A DNA stretch of 64,000 nucleotides from an uncultured Ignavibacteriales bacterium. Lineage in GTDB: Bacteria > Bacteroidota > Ignavibacteria > Tepidaquicellales > OLB5. The stretch is taken from NCBI GenBank assembly GCA_964461265.1, contig CAYWTS010000001.1, forward strand, positions 2,199 to 66,198, in the 5' to 3' direction. Shown piece after piece: positions 9,324-19,480 of this stretch (within the stretch, counting starts at the first letter, position 1; each line of letters begins with the position of its first letter). The translations under genes and the position numbers were made by a program. The notes beneath the pieces were generated by a model, which ran no database searches, was not told where the DNA came from, and was given only the letters and a program-made list of their open reading frames with translations.

Positions 9324-12300
9324 TTGAAACTCATTTCACCTAAAATAAAGGTTCTCATTATTGCCTTAACTGCATTTATAGTAATAATAGTTATCACTAA
9401 GATACTTTTATTACTTACACTTAATGGAATTGAGAGTAATTGGGAAATTATTAAGAAAGATAAGTATGACAACATTCAAAACACTGCCGAAAATTTATTT
9501 ATTGAATACGAGGATAGAATAAAAAATTTTTCAGCTGAATTTTTTGCAAACAAAAAGCTGATTTCATCTATTAATTCCCAAAATATCAAGAAAGCTTATG
9601 AAAGCATTAATGAACTGGAAGACATTTCAAAGTATAATATTGAGGTTTACAATCAGAGATTAGAACTAATTTTATTTTCAGGCAGGCAAATACATCCCGA
9701 GGTTTCAAGCCTTCAAAAAGCTATCTCGGGAAATAGTTTTGAGAGGATTGAACATTCAGGTACAATGAGTTATTTAGTGCTTTATGTTCCTTTTTCCTCC
9801 GGTGATTCAGAAAAACAACAGGAGAATGTCTCGGTTCTCGTTATTTCCCGATTACTCGACATTAAATACATTATTAATGAGGAATTGTATTCCGAACCTG
9901 GTATTTCGAATACTTATAAAAAAAATTACGGTGTAAATGTAAGCTTTTTTTTCAGGAATAAGGAATTTTTCACTACCGGTGAGCAAAGTAATAATAATCC
10001 CGATTATCAAAGCTTTGATCTTATATGCAGGGATAAAAATATTCAATGCAGAATAGATGTACCGGTGTTAAACGTAAATTCTTATCAAAGAGAAATAAGT
10101 GAACGTTACGAATTTGTACTTTCAATAATAATTTTTACTGCATCGGTACTCTTTATTATTATTGTTTTTATTATTTCACAAAACATTAAGATTGCTTTAT
10201 TAAAATTATTCGTTAAAATTTTTAGCTTAATTTTATTAAGATATATTATATTATGGATAAATTTTCCTTCGAAGTTATTTACTGTAATAAATATAGATAT
10301 TTTTTCACCTGTATTTTTTGCTTCAGATTTTGGTTTCGGTATTGCAAAATCATTGGGCGAGCTTATGATCACATCACTTTTTCTTGTTATCTGTACTTAT
10401 TTAATATCGTTGTATTTTCTTAATCATGTAAAGCACACTTTTCAGCATACAAATAAAAATCTTTCTAATTTAATTCCGGTCATAGCCGGAATTATTATTT
10501 TATTAGCAATAAACATTTATAATTATATAATACAATCTATAGTATATAATTCGAACATTAATTTTTTTGAACGGACTTCAATTTTAACATCTGACAAACC
10601 TGAATTTGCTGTATTCATTATTGTAATTATTACATTTACTCTAATGGTTTTATTATTATGTTCGGTTTTTGCACTTCGCAGTATACTTTTGCTGAGACAA
10701 AATTTTAAGTTAAAAAAATTATTTAAACGTTATTCATTCTTCATATATTTTACTATTATTTTTATTATAAATTATTTTACGCTCATTTTTAATATTTCCT
10801 TATTTGATACAGGTCCTGGATTTGTTAATTCTTCATTGATAATTCTATTATTAGCTGTTTTTACATATATTCTTTTCAGGAAAATACTAATATTACCAAG
10901 CGTCAGAATTATCTCATTTCCTGTTATTTCTATATTAATACTAATGTCTCTGGTTATTTCTCCTTTGATGTTAATAAATGAGATTACTTCACAGGAGAGC
11001 AAATACCTGGAACAGGAGACTAAAAGACTTGCAACGTCTTCAGGTGAAGAATTGCCCTTTTTAATTATTACAGTACTAGATGATATTATAGAAAAAGACT
11101 TCATCGTTAGCAACTGGAAAGACAAGAATATGATACCAAAACTTGCTTTTAATTTGTGGTCATCCAGCAGGCTTTATTCTGAAAATTTAAATTCTTCAAT
11201 TATCCTTCTTGATACGAATTATCGGATAATAAGCGACTTTAGTATCAGTCCGCTAAATATTAATTCAGATTCCGTTACTAATTACATTATTAAAAATAAA
11301 GCAATTTTTATAAGAGGAGGAGAAGATACTTTACAGTTTGAAGAAGATGAAGACGCTGAAAGCAATATGATAGCTGAAGGTGTGATACAAAATTCCGACT
11401 TAAAATTTTATGCCGGTTTAAGACCAGTGTATTTCCAGCCGGGAGGTAATCCGGACTTTAAGGAATTACTTGGGTATTTAATAGCAGCTATACAATATGA
11501 TACAAAAAGTTACTATTCCGCTAAACATTTTGAGTTTTTCAAAGGCACCAAACCAGACAGATTGACAAATAAATTAACTTCACAGCCTATTTATTCGGAG
11601 TTTTCAGACGGAGAAATGGCAGGAACATCAAATTATGACGTATCAAAATCGCTCATTAAAACACTGGATATGCTTAGAAGCAGTCTTGAGGGAAAAATCG
11701 ATAAATCTACGCTTCGTTTTGACCAGATAGAGAATAATTTATATAAAACATACTTTGTAATAGTTGAACCTGTTAAAAACCAGCCGGAGAAAATTTATGC
11801 AGTAAGCATAAAGGTAAACGACATAAACGGATTTGTATTTTTCTTTTTAAAGTGTCTGCTTGTTTCAACCTTGATTTACCTGATTTTTCTTATCCTTTAT
11901 ACAATTTATATAACCATCAAGCATTTTATAAAATCCAGACGTTTATTACTGTTTGCTTTTGGTTTCAGGGAGAAATTGTTTGTATCTTTTTTTGTTGTTT
12001 CGGTCATACCTGTTCTCATTCTGGCTTTGTACTCCAGGGAATATGTAGAATCCAAGAATAACAAGACAGCTGTAAATGAGATTATTTCGGATCTCAAGCT
12101 TGTGGAACAGTATATAAAAAGCAAACTAGATTGGACAGATATTAAATTAAGAAACAAGGGGGTTGATGACAAACTTATTTTACAATCGAACATATTCGGA
12201 AAAAGTTTCGCTGAATCGGATAAAATATTTAACTTTTTTGTAAAAAATAAATTAACATCTACTACTAACGAAGAACTGTATAAGTCAGATTTACTCGAAA

Positions 12301-13427
12301 CCAGGATAAGCGGAAATGCATATTACAATTTAGTACTTTTAAAGCGTGACTTTTTCATTGAAAATCAGGAAATCGGTGTATTTAGATTTGTGTCAGGTTA
12401 TAAACCTGTTTATGACAGGTATTTTAACCTTATTGGAATTGTTTCAACCCTTACTTTATTCAGACAGTATGAAATTGATACCGAGATCACAGAATCGCTT
12501 GTATATATATTCGGAACATATTTAATAGCTATTGTATTTTTAATTGTAGTTGTAAATATACTTGCATCAAGAATTTCGAATCCCATAATAAAGCTTATGC
12601 AAGCGACTGAAGATCTTTCCAGGGGCAAAACCGATATTCAGTTGCCAGTCACTACGCGTGATGAAATCGGTGAACTTGTTAAATCATTCAACAGGATGAC
12701 GATAGAGTTAAAAAGGTCGCGTGAGGAACTTAAAAAAGCAGAACGAGAAAGTGCCTGGAGGGATATTGCAAGACAGGTTGCACATGAGATTAAAAATCCC
12801 TTAACCCCTATGAAACTTGCAATCCAGCACCTTTATTATGCATATATTCACAGTTCAAAAGATTTTAAAACAATAATCCATAATACAAACAAACTTATTA
12901 TCGATCAGATCGAAACTTTGAACCGTATTGCAACCGAATTCTCAGATTTTGCAAAATTGCCGAGACGTAACTATGTACCCATAAACATGAATGAGATAAT
13001 TAAGGATACTGTGAAACTTTTAAAATCGCAATCCAACATTATAATCGATATCGGGAAATCAGCTATTAATACTTTAATTTTAGGAGATAAAGATGAACTA
13101 AAGCGTGTTTTAATCAATATTATAAGAAATTCGACTCAGGCAATTGAACAAAAAACATATTTCGAAGGGGAAGGCAGAATATTAATATCAACTTATTCAA
13201 AAGGACAAACGTATTTTCTTAAGATCCAAGATAATGGTATTGGTATGGATGAACAAACGCAGCAAAAACTATTTGAACCTTATTTTTCAACAAAATCAAC
13301 GGGAATGGGCTTAGGGTTAGTTATTACAAAAAAAATTCTTGATGATATGGGTTCTAAAATCACATTAAACAGTAAGTTAAATGAAGGTACAGAGGTTTTG
13401 ATTTCTTTTCCTATAAAAAAATTGTAA
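9324..13427 (+). CDS. Very large multi-pass membrane sensor histidine kinase (NtrY-type H-box, HAMP, HisKA, HATPase_c)
   Basis: TTG start, 1367 aa. Many hydrophobic segments lie between about aa 260-560 and 835-1065. HAMP-like IIKLMQATEDLSRGK..DEIGELVKSFNRM, H-box ARQVAHEIKNPLTPM, N-box IIRNSTQA, and G-boxes QDNGIGM and GMGLGL. Confidence 0.85.
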   Translation: MKLISPKIKVLIIALTAFIVIIVITKILLLLTLNGIESNWEIIKKDKYDNIQNTAENLFIEYEDRIKNFSAEFFANKKLISSINSQNIKKAYESINELEDISKYNIEVYNQRLELILFSGRQIHPEVSSLQKAISGNSFERIEHSGTMSYLVLYVPFSSGDSEKQQENVSVLVISRLLDIKYIINEELYSEPGISNTYKKNYGVNVSFFFRNKEFFTTGEQSNNNPDYQSFDLICRDKNIQCRIDVPVLNVNSYQREISERYEFVLSIIIFTASVLFIIIVFIISQNIKIALLKLFVKIFSLILLRYIILWINFPSKLFTVINIDIFSPVFFASDFGFGIAKSLGELMITSLFLVICTYLISLYFLNHVKHTFQHTNKNLSNLIPVIAGIIILLAINIYNYIIQSIVYNSNINFFERTSILTSDKPEFAVFIIVIITFTLMVLLLCSVFALRSILLLRQNFKLKKLFKRYSFFIYFTIIFIINYFTLIFNISLFDTGPGFVNSSLIILLLAVFTYILFRKILILPSVRIISFPVISILILMSLVISPLMLINEITSQESKYLEQETKRLATSSGEELPFLIITVLDDIIEKDFIVSNWKDKNMIPKLAFNLWSSSRLYSENLNSSIILLDTNYRIISDFSISPLNINSDSVTNYIIKNKAIFIRGGEDTLQFEEDEDAESNMIAEGVIQNSDLKFYAGLRPVYFQPGGNPDFKELLGYLIAAIQYDTKSYYSAKHFEFFKGTKPDRLTNKLTSQPIYSEFSDGEMAGTSNYDVSKSLIKTLDMLRSSLEGKIDKSTLRFDQIENNLYKTYFVIVEPVKNQPEKIYAVSIKVNDINGFVFFFLKCLLVSTLIYLIFLILYTIYITIKHFIKSRRLLLFAFGFREKLFVSFFVVSVIPVLILALYSREYVESKNNKTAVNEIISDLKLVEQYIKSKLDWTDIKLRNKGVDDKLILQSNIFGKSFAESDKIFNFFVKNKLTSTTNEELYKSDLLETRISGNAYYNLVLLKRDFFIENQEIGVFRFVSGYKPVYDRYFNLIGIVSTLTLFRQYEIDTEITESLVYIFGTYLIAIVFLIVVVNILASRISNPIIKLMQATEDLSRGKTDIQLPVTTRDEIGELVKSFNRMTIELKRSREELKKAERESAWRDIARQVAHEIKNPLTPMKLAIQHLYYAYIHSSKDFKTIIHNTNKLIIDQIETLNRIATEFSDFAKLPRRNYVPINMNEIIKDTVKLLKSQSNIIIDIGKSAINTLILGDKDELKRVLINIIRNSTQAIEQKTYFEGEGRILISTYSKGQTYFLKIQDNGIGMDEQTQQKLFEPYFSTKSTGMGLGLVITKKILDDMGSKITLNSKLNEGTEVLISFPIKKL

Positions 13428-13515
13428 GAATAAAAAATGCATTATTTTTTCTTTTCAAATTTATTATAATGTAATTAACCAATAAAATTTCACATAACTA
13501 TAAATAAACGGAGGA

Positions 13516-15900
13516 ATGGTAATGAACTTATTTACTATTTGTTTAAACTCATTTCTTTCTACTTTATTTCTTTTTGTTTTCTCATTTTCTTTATTAGCTC
13601 AGGATAGATCTGATATTTCATCATCTCTTAATAAGGATTTATTTAAGGCTGCTTTAAACCATAAAGATAATAATGAAATTAATTATTCAAAGAAACCGAT
13701 TAACTGCTATACAACCGATGAATATGGTTCCCTTACTTACAATGCCGTTTTATCAGGTCTGGGTTCATCGGGCAGTTGTGCTAATATTGCTCACAGTTCT
13801 CTTTTTAACCAAGATATAGATGGTTCATTTGAATTATGGGTTTATCCAACAACTATAAATGTGAATGCTATTCTGGTTTCTAAAGGAAATTCCAGCAGCC
13901 AGTCATTTTTATGGGGGATTTCATCAAGCACTAAGCAAATGTTTTTCAGGATCGGAACTACGGTTTTTAACAATTCGGATGGTACTGTAATACCTTTAAG
14001 TACCTGGACACATCTTGCTGTTACATGGACAGGTGGTCCTAATTTTAGCGTGATTTTCTATGTTAATGGTGCTCAGAGCGGTTCTACTGTTATCAATAAT
14101 GCTGCATTTAATTTGAATAGTGACCCATTAAGGATCGGTGCCAGCCAGTATTTTACTTCAGAATATTTTGCGGGGCAAATTGATGAAGTCAGATTCTGGG
14201 CAGATGTGAGAACAGTTCAGGAAATCAGAGATAACCGCTTCGTGGGTCTTGGTGATGGCAGTGGTGCAAATGCATCTTCAGCTTTAACTTCTAGTGCTCA
14301 TTACGATAATTTAATAGCATCATGGACTTTTAACAGAACCGGAACTGTATATGATGACATTAACGGTTTGAATGGAAATTATTATGGAAGTGCTGTATCG
14401 TCTTTAAATGATCTTGGTGTTCCCGTTCCGTATAACCTTGCATTAAGATGTTTTGGAGGAGTAAACGACAAAGTTGTAATTGCACATAACAGTACTGTAT
14501 TTGACCAGACAGGTGATGGTTCTTTAGAAATGTGGTTTAAACCCGTAACACTTAGCATTGACCAAATTTTGATGTCAAAGGGTTCTACTATATCCACTAT
14601 TTCATTTTTATTTGGAGTTAATAATACAGGCAGACTTTATTTTAGACTTGGCGGAAATCCCATTGCCAGTAACGGAGCTTCACTTACTAATAATATGTGG
14701 CAGCACGTTGCGGTCACTTGGTTGCTCGTTAGCGGAAATTATGAGATTAAATTTTATTTAAACGGAGTGCAAAACGGCACAACACTTACATTACCCGGTG
14801 TATGGCCAACAAATACTGCCCGAGCATATATTGGAGGTTCTGAAGTGTTTGTAAGCAACACCGTGCAAGGGTATATAGACGAGGTCAGAATATGGAATCC
14901 TACTCTTACCCAGGCACAAATTCAGAAATATATGTTTGTTTCCGGACGCGCATTATTACCAAATTCTGAAATTAGGGGTATATGGAATTTCGATGGCAAT
15001 CTACTGAATTTTTCAGCTTTTTCAGGAGTTAATGGCAGTTTTAATTTAGGTGCTGTTAATAATGCAAGACTTAGTGCCTATAATAATGAAGGTTCACCAG
15101 GTTCATATTCTACCAGTTTTATAGCACACAGTACAGTTATTAACAGAGGTGGTACACCTAATTCTTTCCCTAATGGTTTTTATATAAGCACACCTTTTCT
15201 CAGTATACCTGATAATAATACAACAGGTGTTACAAATACAATAAGTGTTACAAATAATCCGGGAAATCTTAGCAACATTGAGCTATTTCTTTCTGTTCAG
15301 CACACATGGGTTGGAGACCTTGTAGTTACATTAACTGCACCTAACGGACAGTCTAGGCAAGTTATAGCCAATAATGGTGGTGCGGGTGATAACATCCTTT
15401 CTTTCTTTGGGGATGCGTTTAATTACTTACCTAATAGCTCTATTTATCTGCCACCTTGGGCTTTTATCAAGCCTATTGTAACGTTTGGTAATATAGGTAA
15501 TACGTTTTTAAATGGCACATGGTCTTTAAAGGTTGTGGATAATGCCGCTTCAGATGTAGGTCTGCTGCAGGGCTGGGGGTTAAGATTCAATAACCAGACT
15601 ATGGTTGGTATTGAGATTGTAAATAGCAATATTCCACAGAAGTTTGCTCTCTATCAAAATTATCCTAATCCATTCAACCCGAATACTTCGATTAATTTTG
15701 ATGTTGCAAAAAATGGGAATGTGAAAATTATTTTATTCGATGTACTAGGAAGGGAAGTTAAAACACTGGTTAATGAATATTTTAAAGCAGGGAATTATAA
15801 ATATAATTTCGATGGTTTCTCACTTGCATCGGGAGTATATTTCTATAAGATTGTTGCAGGGGATTTTACAGATACCAAAAAGATGACACTTCTGAAATAA
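13516..15900 (+). CDS. Secreted protein with two LamG/concanavalin-like modules, a proprotein-convertase P-domain and a T9SS C-terminal domain
   Basis: Signal peptide. Two repeats have W.H.AVTW....... F.Y.NG and IDEVR.W (LamG_3-like). The P-domain-like segment is IELFLSVQHTWVGDLVVTLTAPNGQSRQV..GTWSLKVVDNAASDVGLLQGWGLRF. The CTD is QNYPNPFNPNTSINF..YFYKIVAGDFTDTKKMTLLK. Confidence 0.75.
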   Translation: MVMNLFTICLNSFLSTLFLFVFSFSLLAQDRSDISSSLNKDLFKAALNHKDNNEINYSKKPINCYTTDEYGSLTYNAVLSGLGSSGSCANIAHSSLFNQDIDGSFELWVYPTTINVNAILVSKGNSSSQSFLWGISSSTKQMFFRIGTTVFNNSDGTVIPLSTWTHLAVTWTGGPNFSVIFYVNGAQSGSTVINNAAFNLNSDPLRIGASQYFTSEYFAGQIDEVRFWADVRTVQEIRDNRFVGLGDGSGANASSALTSSAHYDNLIASWTFNRTGTVYDDINGLNGNYYGSAVSSLNDLGVPVPYNLALRCFGGVNDKVVIAHNSTVFDQTGDGSLEMWFKPVTLSIDQILMSKGSTISTISFLFGVNNTGRLYFRLGGNPIASNGASLTNNMWQHVAVTWLLVSGNYEIKFYLNGVQNGTTLTLPGVWPTNTARAYIGGSEVFVSNTVQGYIDEVRIWNPTLTQAQIQKYMFVSGRALLPNSEIRGIWNFDGNLLNFSAFSGVNGSFNLGAVNNARLSAYNNEGSPGSYSTSFIAHSTVINRGGTPNSFPNGFYISTPFLSIPDNNTTGVTNTISVTNNPGNLSNIELFLSVQHTWVGDLVVTLTAPNGQSRQVIANNGGAGDNILSFFGDAFNYLPNSSIYLPPWAFIKPIVTFGNIGNTFLNGTWSLKVVDNAASDVGLLQGWGLRFNNQTMVGIEIVNSNIPQKFALYQNYPNPFNPNTSINFDVAKNGNVKIILFDVLGREVKTLVNEYFKAGNYKYNFDGFSLASGVYFYKIVAGDFTDTKKMTLLK

Positions 15901-15937
15901 AAACTCTTTTATTGATCGATCTGCAGCTATTAGTAAC

Positions 15938-15970
15938 AAAAAAGCCCCTAGACGTTACGGGGCTTTTTTA
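15938..15970. terminator. Bidirectional intrinsic terminator between convergent genes
   Basis: AAAAAAGCCCC tagacgttac GGGGCTTTTTT. The stem is AGCCCC (15943-15948) with GGGGCT (15959-15964), flanked by an A-run and a T-run. Confidence 0.75.
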
Positions 15971-15992
15971 ATTTACACATTTATGATACATA

Positions 15993-16526
15993 CTATTTAT
16001 TTTTTGATACACCGTAGGCGTGGAATTTAAAATTTTTTAAGATTTCTTTAACCGATTCAACTTCTGATTTCATTACAAATAGCCTTGCTGGTTGAATTAA
16101 AGGATCAACACTTAGGAAATTCTCGCCTGCAAAGTAAAAGTCTATTCCTGCATCGGAAAGTATAGATTTTATTAATACTACGTCCGAAATATTCATACAT
16201 GATAACATAAATACGTATTCTCCTGCTTTTTCTATTAAAGGAGGTGTGACATTAAAATCTATTTTTGAATCGCATTGTTCGCAGTGGACAATACCTGTTT
16301 CCTGCTCGTGGGATTCAAGCTGCAGCCTGCATAAACAATTAGGGCAATCTATAAATTCGGGTAATAATATTTTTGTGAAGTCAGCCTTAAGTTTGTTTTG
16401 GCATTCGTAACTTTTACAATAAAGGTATTCTCCGTATTCAGTTAAACATTGTTCACAGAAAGGTTTACCGCAGCTGCAGCAATGTAAATTAGTTTTAATA
16501 TCCGGATGATTTGTACAGTGTTCCAT
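15993..16526 (-). CDS. Cysteine-rich zinc-ribbon protein with a C-terminal DUF2007-like domain
   Basis: The N-terminus CTNHPDIKTNLHCCSCGKPFCEQC is B-box-like, with further CPNC..C and CEQC pairs. The C-terminal VLIKSILSDAGIDFYFAGENF...FVMKSEVESVKEIL resembles DUF2007. Confidence 0.5.
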   Translation of the reverse strand: MEHCTNHPDIKTNLHCCSCGKPFCEQCLTEYGEYLYCKSYECQNKLKADFTKILLPEFIDCPNCLCRLQLESHEQETGIVHCEQCDSKIDFNVTPPLIEKAGEYVFMLSCMNISDVVLIKSILSDAGIDFYFAGENFLSVDPLIQPARLFVMKSEVESVKEILKNFKFHAYGVSKNK

Positions 16527-16720
16527 AGGTCTTTTTTTACATTTTTATATTTTTTAAAATATTATACGAATATAGTGTGGTTTAATAATATATTACATAT
16601 TTAAGAAATGAGTAAAAACTTTAGATTTCAGTAGAAAAATTGATTTTTCACGCTTAAATCGTTATTTTTGTTAAATTCATTAGAAAACATACATTTTTAT
16701 CTAAAGGAAGAGGTAAATAA

Positions 16721-18037
16721 ATGTTAGTCGATATAATAATGCCTAAAATGGGTGAATCTATTATGGATGGCAGAATCCTCAAATGGTATAAGCAATTAGG
16801 GGATACTATTGCAAAAGATGAAACTTTATTCGAAATTTCAACTGATAAAGTAGATACTGAGGTTCCTTCAGCTGAGGGTGGAATCTTAGTTGAAATTTTA
16901 TTTAATGAGGGTGATACCGCAAATGTGGGTGATGTGGTTGCCCGTATCGAAACAGAACCCTTGAAGGCAAAAGTTAAAAAAGGAACACCAGTGCAACCGA
17001 CTGCTAAAGATTCCATAATAACTGAGTCTTCTGTTGATAAAGCGGTTTCAGAAACTATGGTCGGTGTAAAAAAAGCGCTGGAAATGAAAGTTGAAACCGG
17101 ATTTTACTCACCGCTAGTTATGAATATTGCACAAAAAGAAGGTATTTCGATGGATGAATTGGCAAATGTCAAGGGAACAGGTGCTGGCGGGAGAATTCGT
17201 AAACAGGATATATTGGCATATGTTGAATTAAGAAAAACAAAACAACAGCTTGGGAAAACAACGCCAGATGTAACCCAAGAGAAAAAAATTACATTAGCTG
17301 AAATAAAAGCTCCCGACTTGTCGGGTATGTATGGTAAACCCGGAATAGAGGTTATTGCTATGGATACGATACAGGAAAGAATGGCTGAACATATGCTGAT
17401 AAGTATTCACACATCTCCGCATGTATCTGCTGTTGCAGAATGCGATATGAGTGCTGTTGATAAAGCACGCAAACAGCTCGCAGATGAATTTATGAAAAAT
17501 GAAGGATTCAAACTTACTTACATGCCATTTATCTGTGATGCTGTAGTGAAAGCATTAAGAGATTTTCCGCTTATTAATTCTTCGATTGACGGAACGAAGA
17601 TATTAAAAAAGAATTATATTAATCTTGGGATTGCTGTAGCTATGGATGAAGGCGGTTTAATTGTACCTGTTATTAAGAATGCAGACTCCATGAGCCTTAC
17701 CGGTTTTGCACGGGCAATTAATGATCTTGCTAAAAGAGCAAGAATCAAAAAGCTGAAGCTTGATGAAATCCAGGACGGGACATTTTCTATAACTAATTAT
17801 GGTTTATTCGGGAATGATATAGGTACTCCATTAATCAACCAGCCGCAAATTGCAATATTGGGAATAGGTACAGTAAAGAAAAGAGCAGTTGTTATTGCAA
17901 ACGAACAAGGAGATTCGATTGCAATTAAACCAACTGTGTTTTTAACCTTATCATTTGATCACCGTTTGATTGATGGTGCATTAGGAGGTAAATTCCTGAT
18001 GAAGATTGTAGAATATCTCGAAACATATTCGTTATAG
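16721..18037 (+). CDS. Dihydrolipoamide acyltransferase (E2 component of a 2-oxoacid dehydrogenase complex)
   Basis: One lipoyl domain (EISTDKVDTEVPS). The peripheral subunit-binding domain is SPLVMNIAQKEGISMDELANVKGTGAGGRIRKQDI. The catalytic domain carries SFDHRLIDGA. Confidence 0.9.
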   Translation: MLVDIIMPKMGESIMDGRILKWYKQLGDTIAKDETLFEISTDKVDTEVPSAEGGILVEILFNEGDTANVGDVVARIETEPLKAKVKKGTPVQPTAKDSIITESSVDKAVSETMVGVKKALEMKVETGFYSPLVMNIAQKEGISMDELANVKGTGAGGRIRKQDILAYVELRKTKQQLGKTTPDVTQEKKITLAEIKAPDLSGMYGKPGIEVIAMDTIQERMAEHMLISIHTSPHVSAVAECDMSAVDKARKQLADEFMKNEGFKLTYMPFICDAVVKALRDFPLINSSIDGTKILKKNYINLGIAVAMDEGGLIVPVIKNADSMSLTGFARAINDLAKRARIKKLKLDEIQDGTFSITNYGLFGNDIGTPLINQPQIAILGIGTVKKRAVVIANEQGDSIAIKPTVFLTLSFDHRLIDGALGGKFLMKIVEYLETYSL

Positions 18038-18038
18038 A

Positions 18039-18497
18039 ATGGATTCCGGATCCGGTATAACTGATTCACCTGTAAGTGTAAATAATGACGAAAAAATGTT
18101 CGCTTTATTTGCCCATCTTTCTATTCTGTTAGGGGGTATTGTTATTCCTATAGTATTTTGGCTTACTAATAAAGAAAAATCTAAATTTGTTACATATCAT
18201 TCTTTACAAGCTCTTTGGTTTCACATTGCATTAATAATTTTTGCTGTTATTTTGGCTTTACTTATAATTTCTCTTTCTTTCGGTTTCATATTTACTTTAC
18301 CTGCAATTTCATATAAAGGTTCTCAACCTCCCTTTATTCTCATAATTTTAATTATTGTTATATATGGTTTAATTTATCTCACATTAATTTCATTTATAAT
18401 ATACGGAATATATGCAGCTGTAAAATCTTATGAAGGTAAATTAGTCAGGTATCCGGTAATCGGTAAAATTATTTACAGAAAAGTTTATGGAGAATAA
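18039..18497 (+). CDS. Small integral membrane protein (DUF4870-like)
   Basis: FALFAHLSILLGGIVIPIVFWLTNKEKSKFVTYHSLQALWFH matches the DUF4870 pattern (HLS...PLI.WL..K..S.FV..H..EAL.F). Four hydrophobic helices. Confidence 0.55.
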   Translation: MDSGSGITDSPVSVNNDEKMFALFAHLSILLGGIVIPIVFWLTNKEKSKFVTYHSLQALWFHIALIIFAVILALLIISLSFGFIFTLPAISYKGSQPPFILIILIIVIYGLIYLTLISFIIYGIYAAVKSYEGKLVRYPVIGKIIYRKVYGE

Positions 18498-19469
18498 TTG
18501 TCTGAGTTAGTAAAAATAAAAATACCTCCGGTATTAAATACACATCAACGCAAGTATTCCGAATTAAATCACGAGATTGAAAATTCCAGACGGCCAGAAT
18601 GGCTTAAGGTAAAGCTCCCATCAGGTAAAAATTACACAGAACTGAAAGAACTGGTTCGTAGAAATAAACTTCATACTGTTTGCGAAGATGCACGCTGCCC
18701 GAATATATCGGAGTGCTGGTCCAGAAAGACTGCTACTTTTATGATTCTTGGTGATATTTGCACCAGGTCATGCGGTTTTTGTTCGGTTTCTCTGGGTAAA
18801 CCCGGTAAACTGGATTATGATGAGCCGCGAAGAGTTGCCCTTAGCGTAAAAGAACTTGGTTTAAAACACGCAGTTATTACCTCTGTAAACCGTGATGATC
18901 AAATTCTTGGTGGTGCAGATATTTTTGCTTTGACAATTGAAAATATACGCCGTTTAGTACCTGACTGTATTGTGGAGGTTCTTATCCCCGACTTCAAAGG
19001 TAATTGGGATGCTCTGAAAATTGTGATTAATGCTAGACCTGATATCTTAAACCATAACATCGAGACTGTTAACAGATTATATCATTTCGTTCGGCCTCAG
19101 GCAGATTATCATCGGACACTTGAACTTTTAAGAATATCAAAAACTAACCAAGAACAGGCTCAAATGGGTGTTACAAAAAGCGGTTTTATGTGCGGACTCG
19201 GAGAAACCGATTCTGAAATATATGAACTGCTTGATAATTTGAGAGAAGTCGAATGTGATATTGTAACCATTGGGCAATATTTAAGACCCACAAAGAATCA
19301 TCTGCCTGTGCAAAGATACGTACATCCTGATGTTTTCGAAAAGTTTAGGGAATATGCTTATAAAATCGGATTTAAACATGCAGAATCCGGTCCGCTCGTA
19401 CGAAGTTCATATCATGCTGACCTCACTGCCAAAGTTATAACGCAAGTAGTTAAACAAACAACTATCTAA
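18498..19469 (+). CDS. lipA: Lipoyl synthase
   Basis: TTG start. RPEWLKVKLP, the auxiliary-cluster motif CEDARCPNISECW, and the radical-SAM motif CTRSCGFC. Confidence 0.92.
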   Translation: MSELVKIKIPPVLNTHQRKYSELNHEIENSRRPEWLKVKLPSGKNYTELKELVRRNKLHTVCEDARCPNISECWSRKTATFMILGDICTRSCGFCSVSLGKPGKLDYDEPRRVALSVKELGLKHAVITSVNRDDQILGGADIFALTIENIRRLVPDCIVEVLIPDFKGNWDALKIVINARPDILNHNIETVNRLYHFVRPQADYHRTLELLRISKTNQEQAQMGVTKSGFMCGLGETDSEIYELLDNLREVECDIVTIGQYLRPTKNHLPVQRYVHPDVFEKFREYAYKIGFKHAESGPLVRSSYHADLTAKVITQVVKQTTI

Positions 19470-19480
19470 ATAATAACTGA

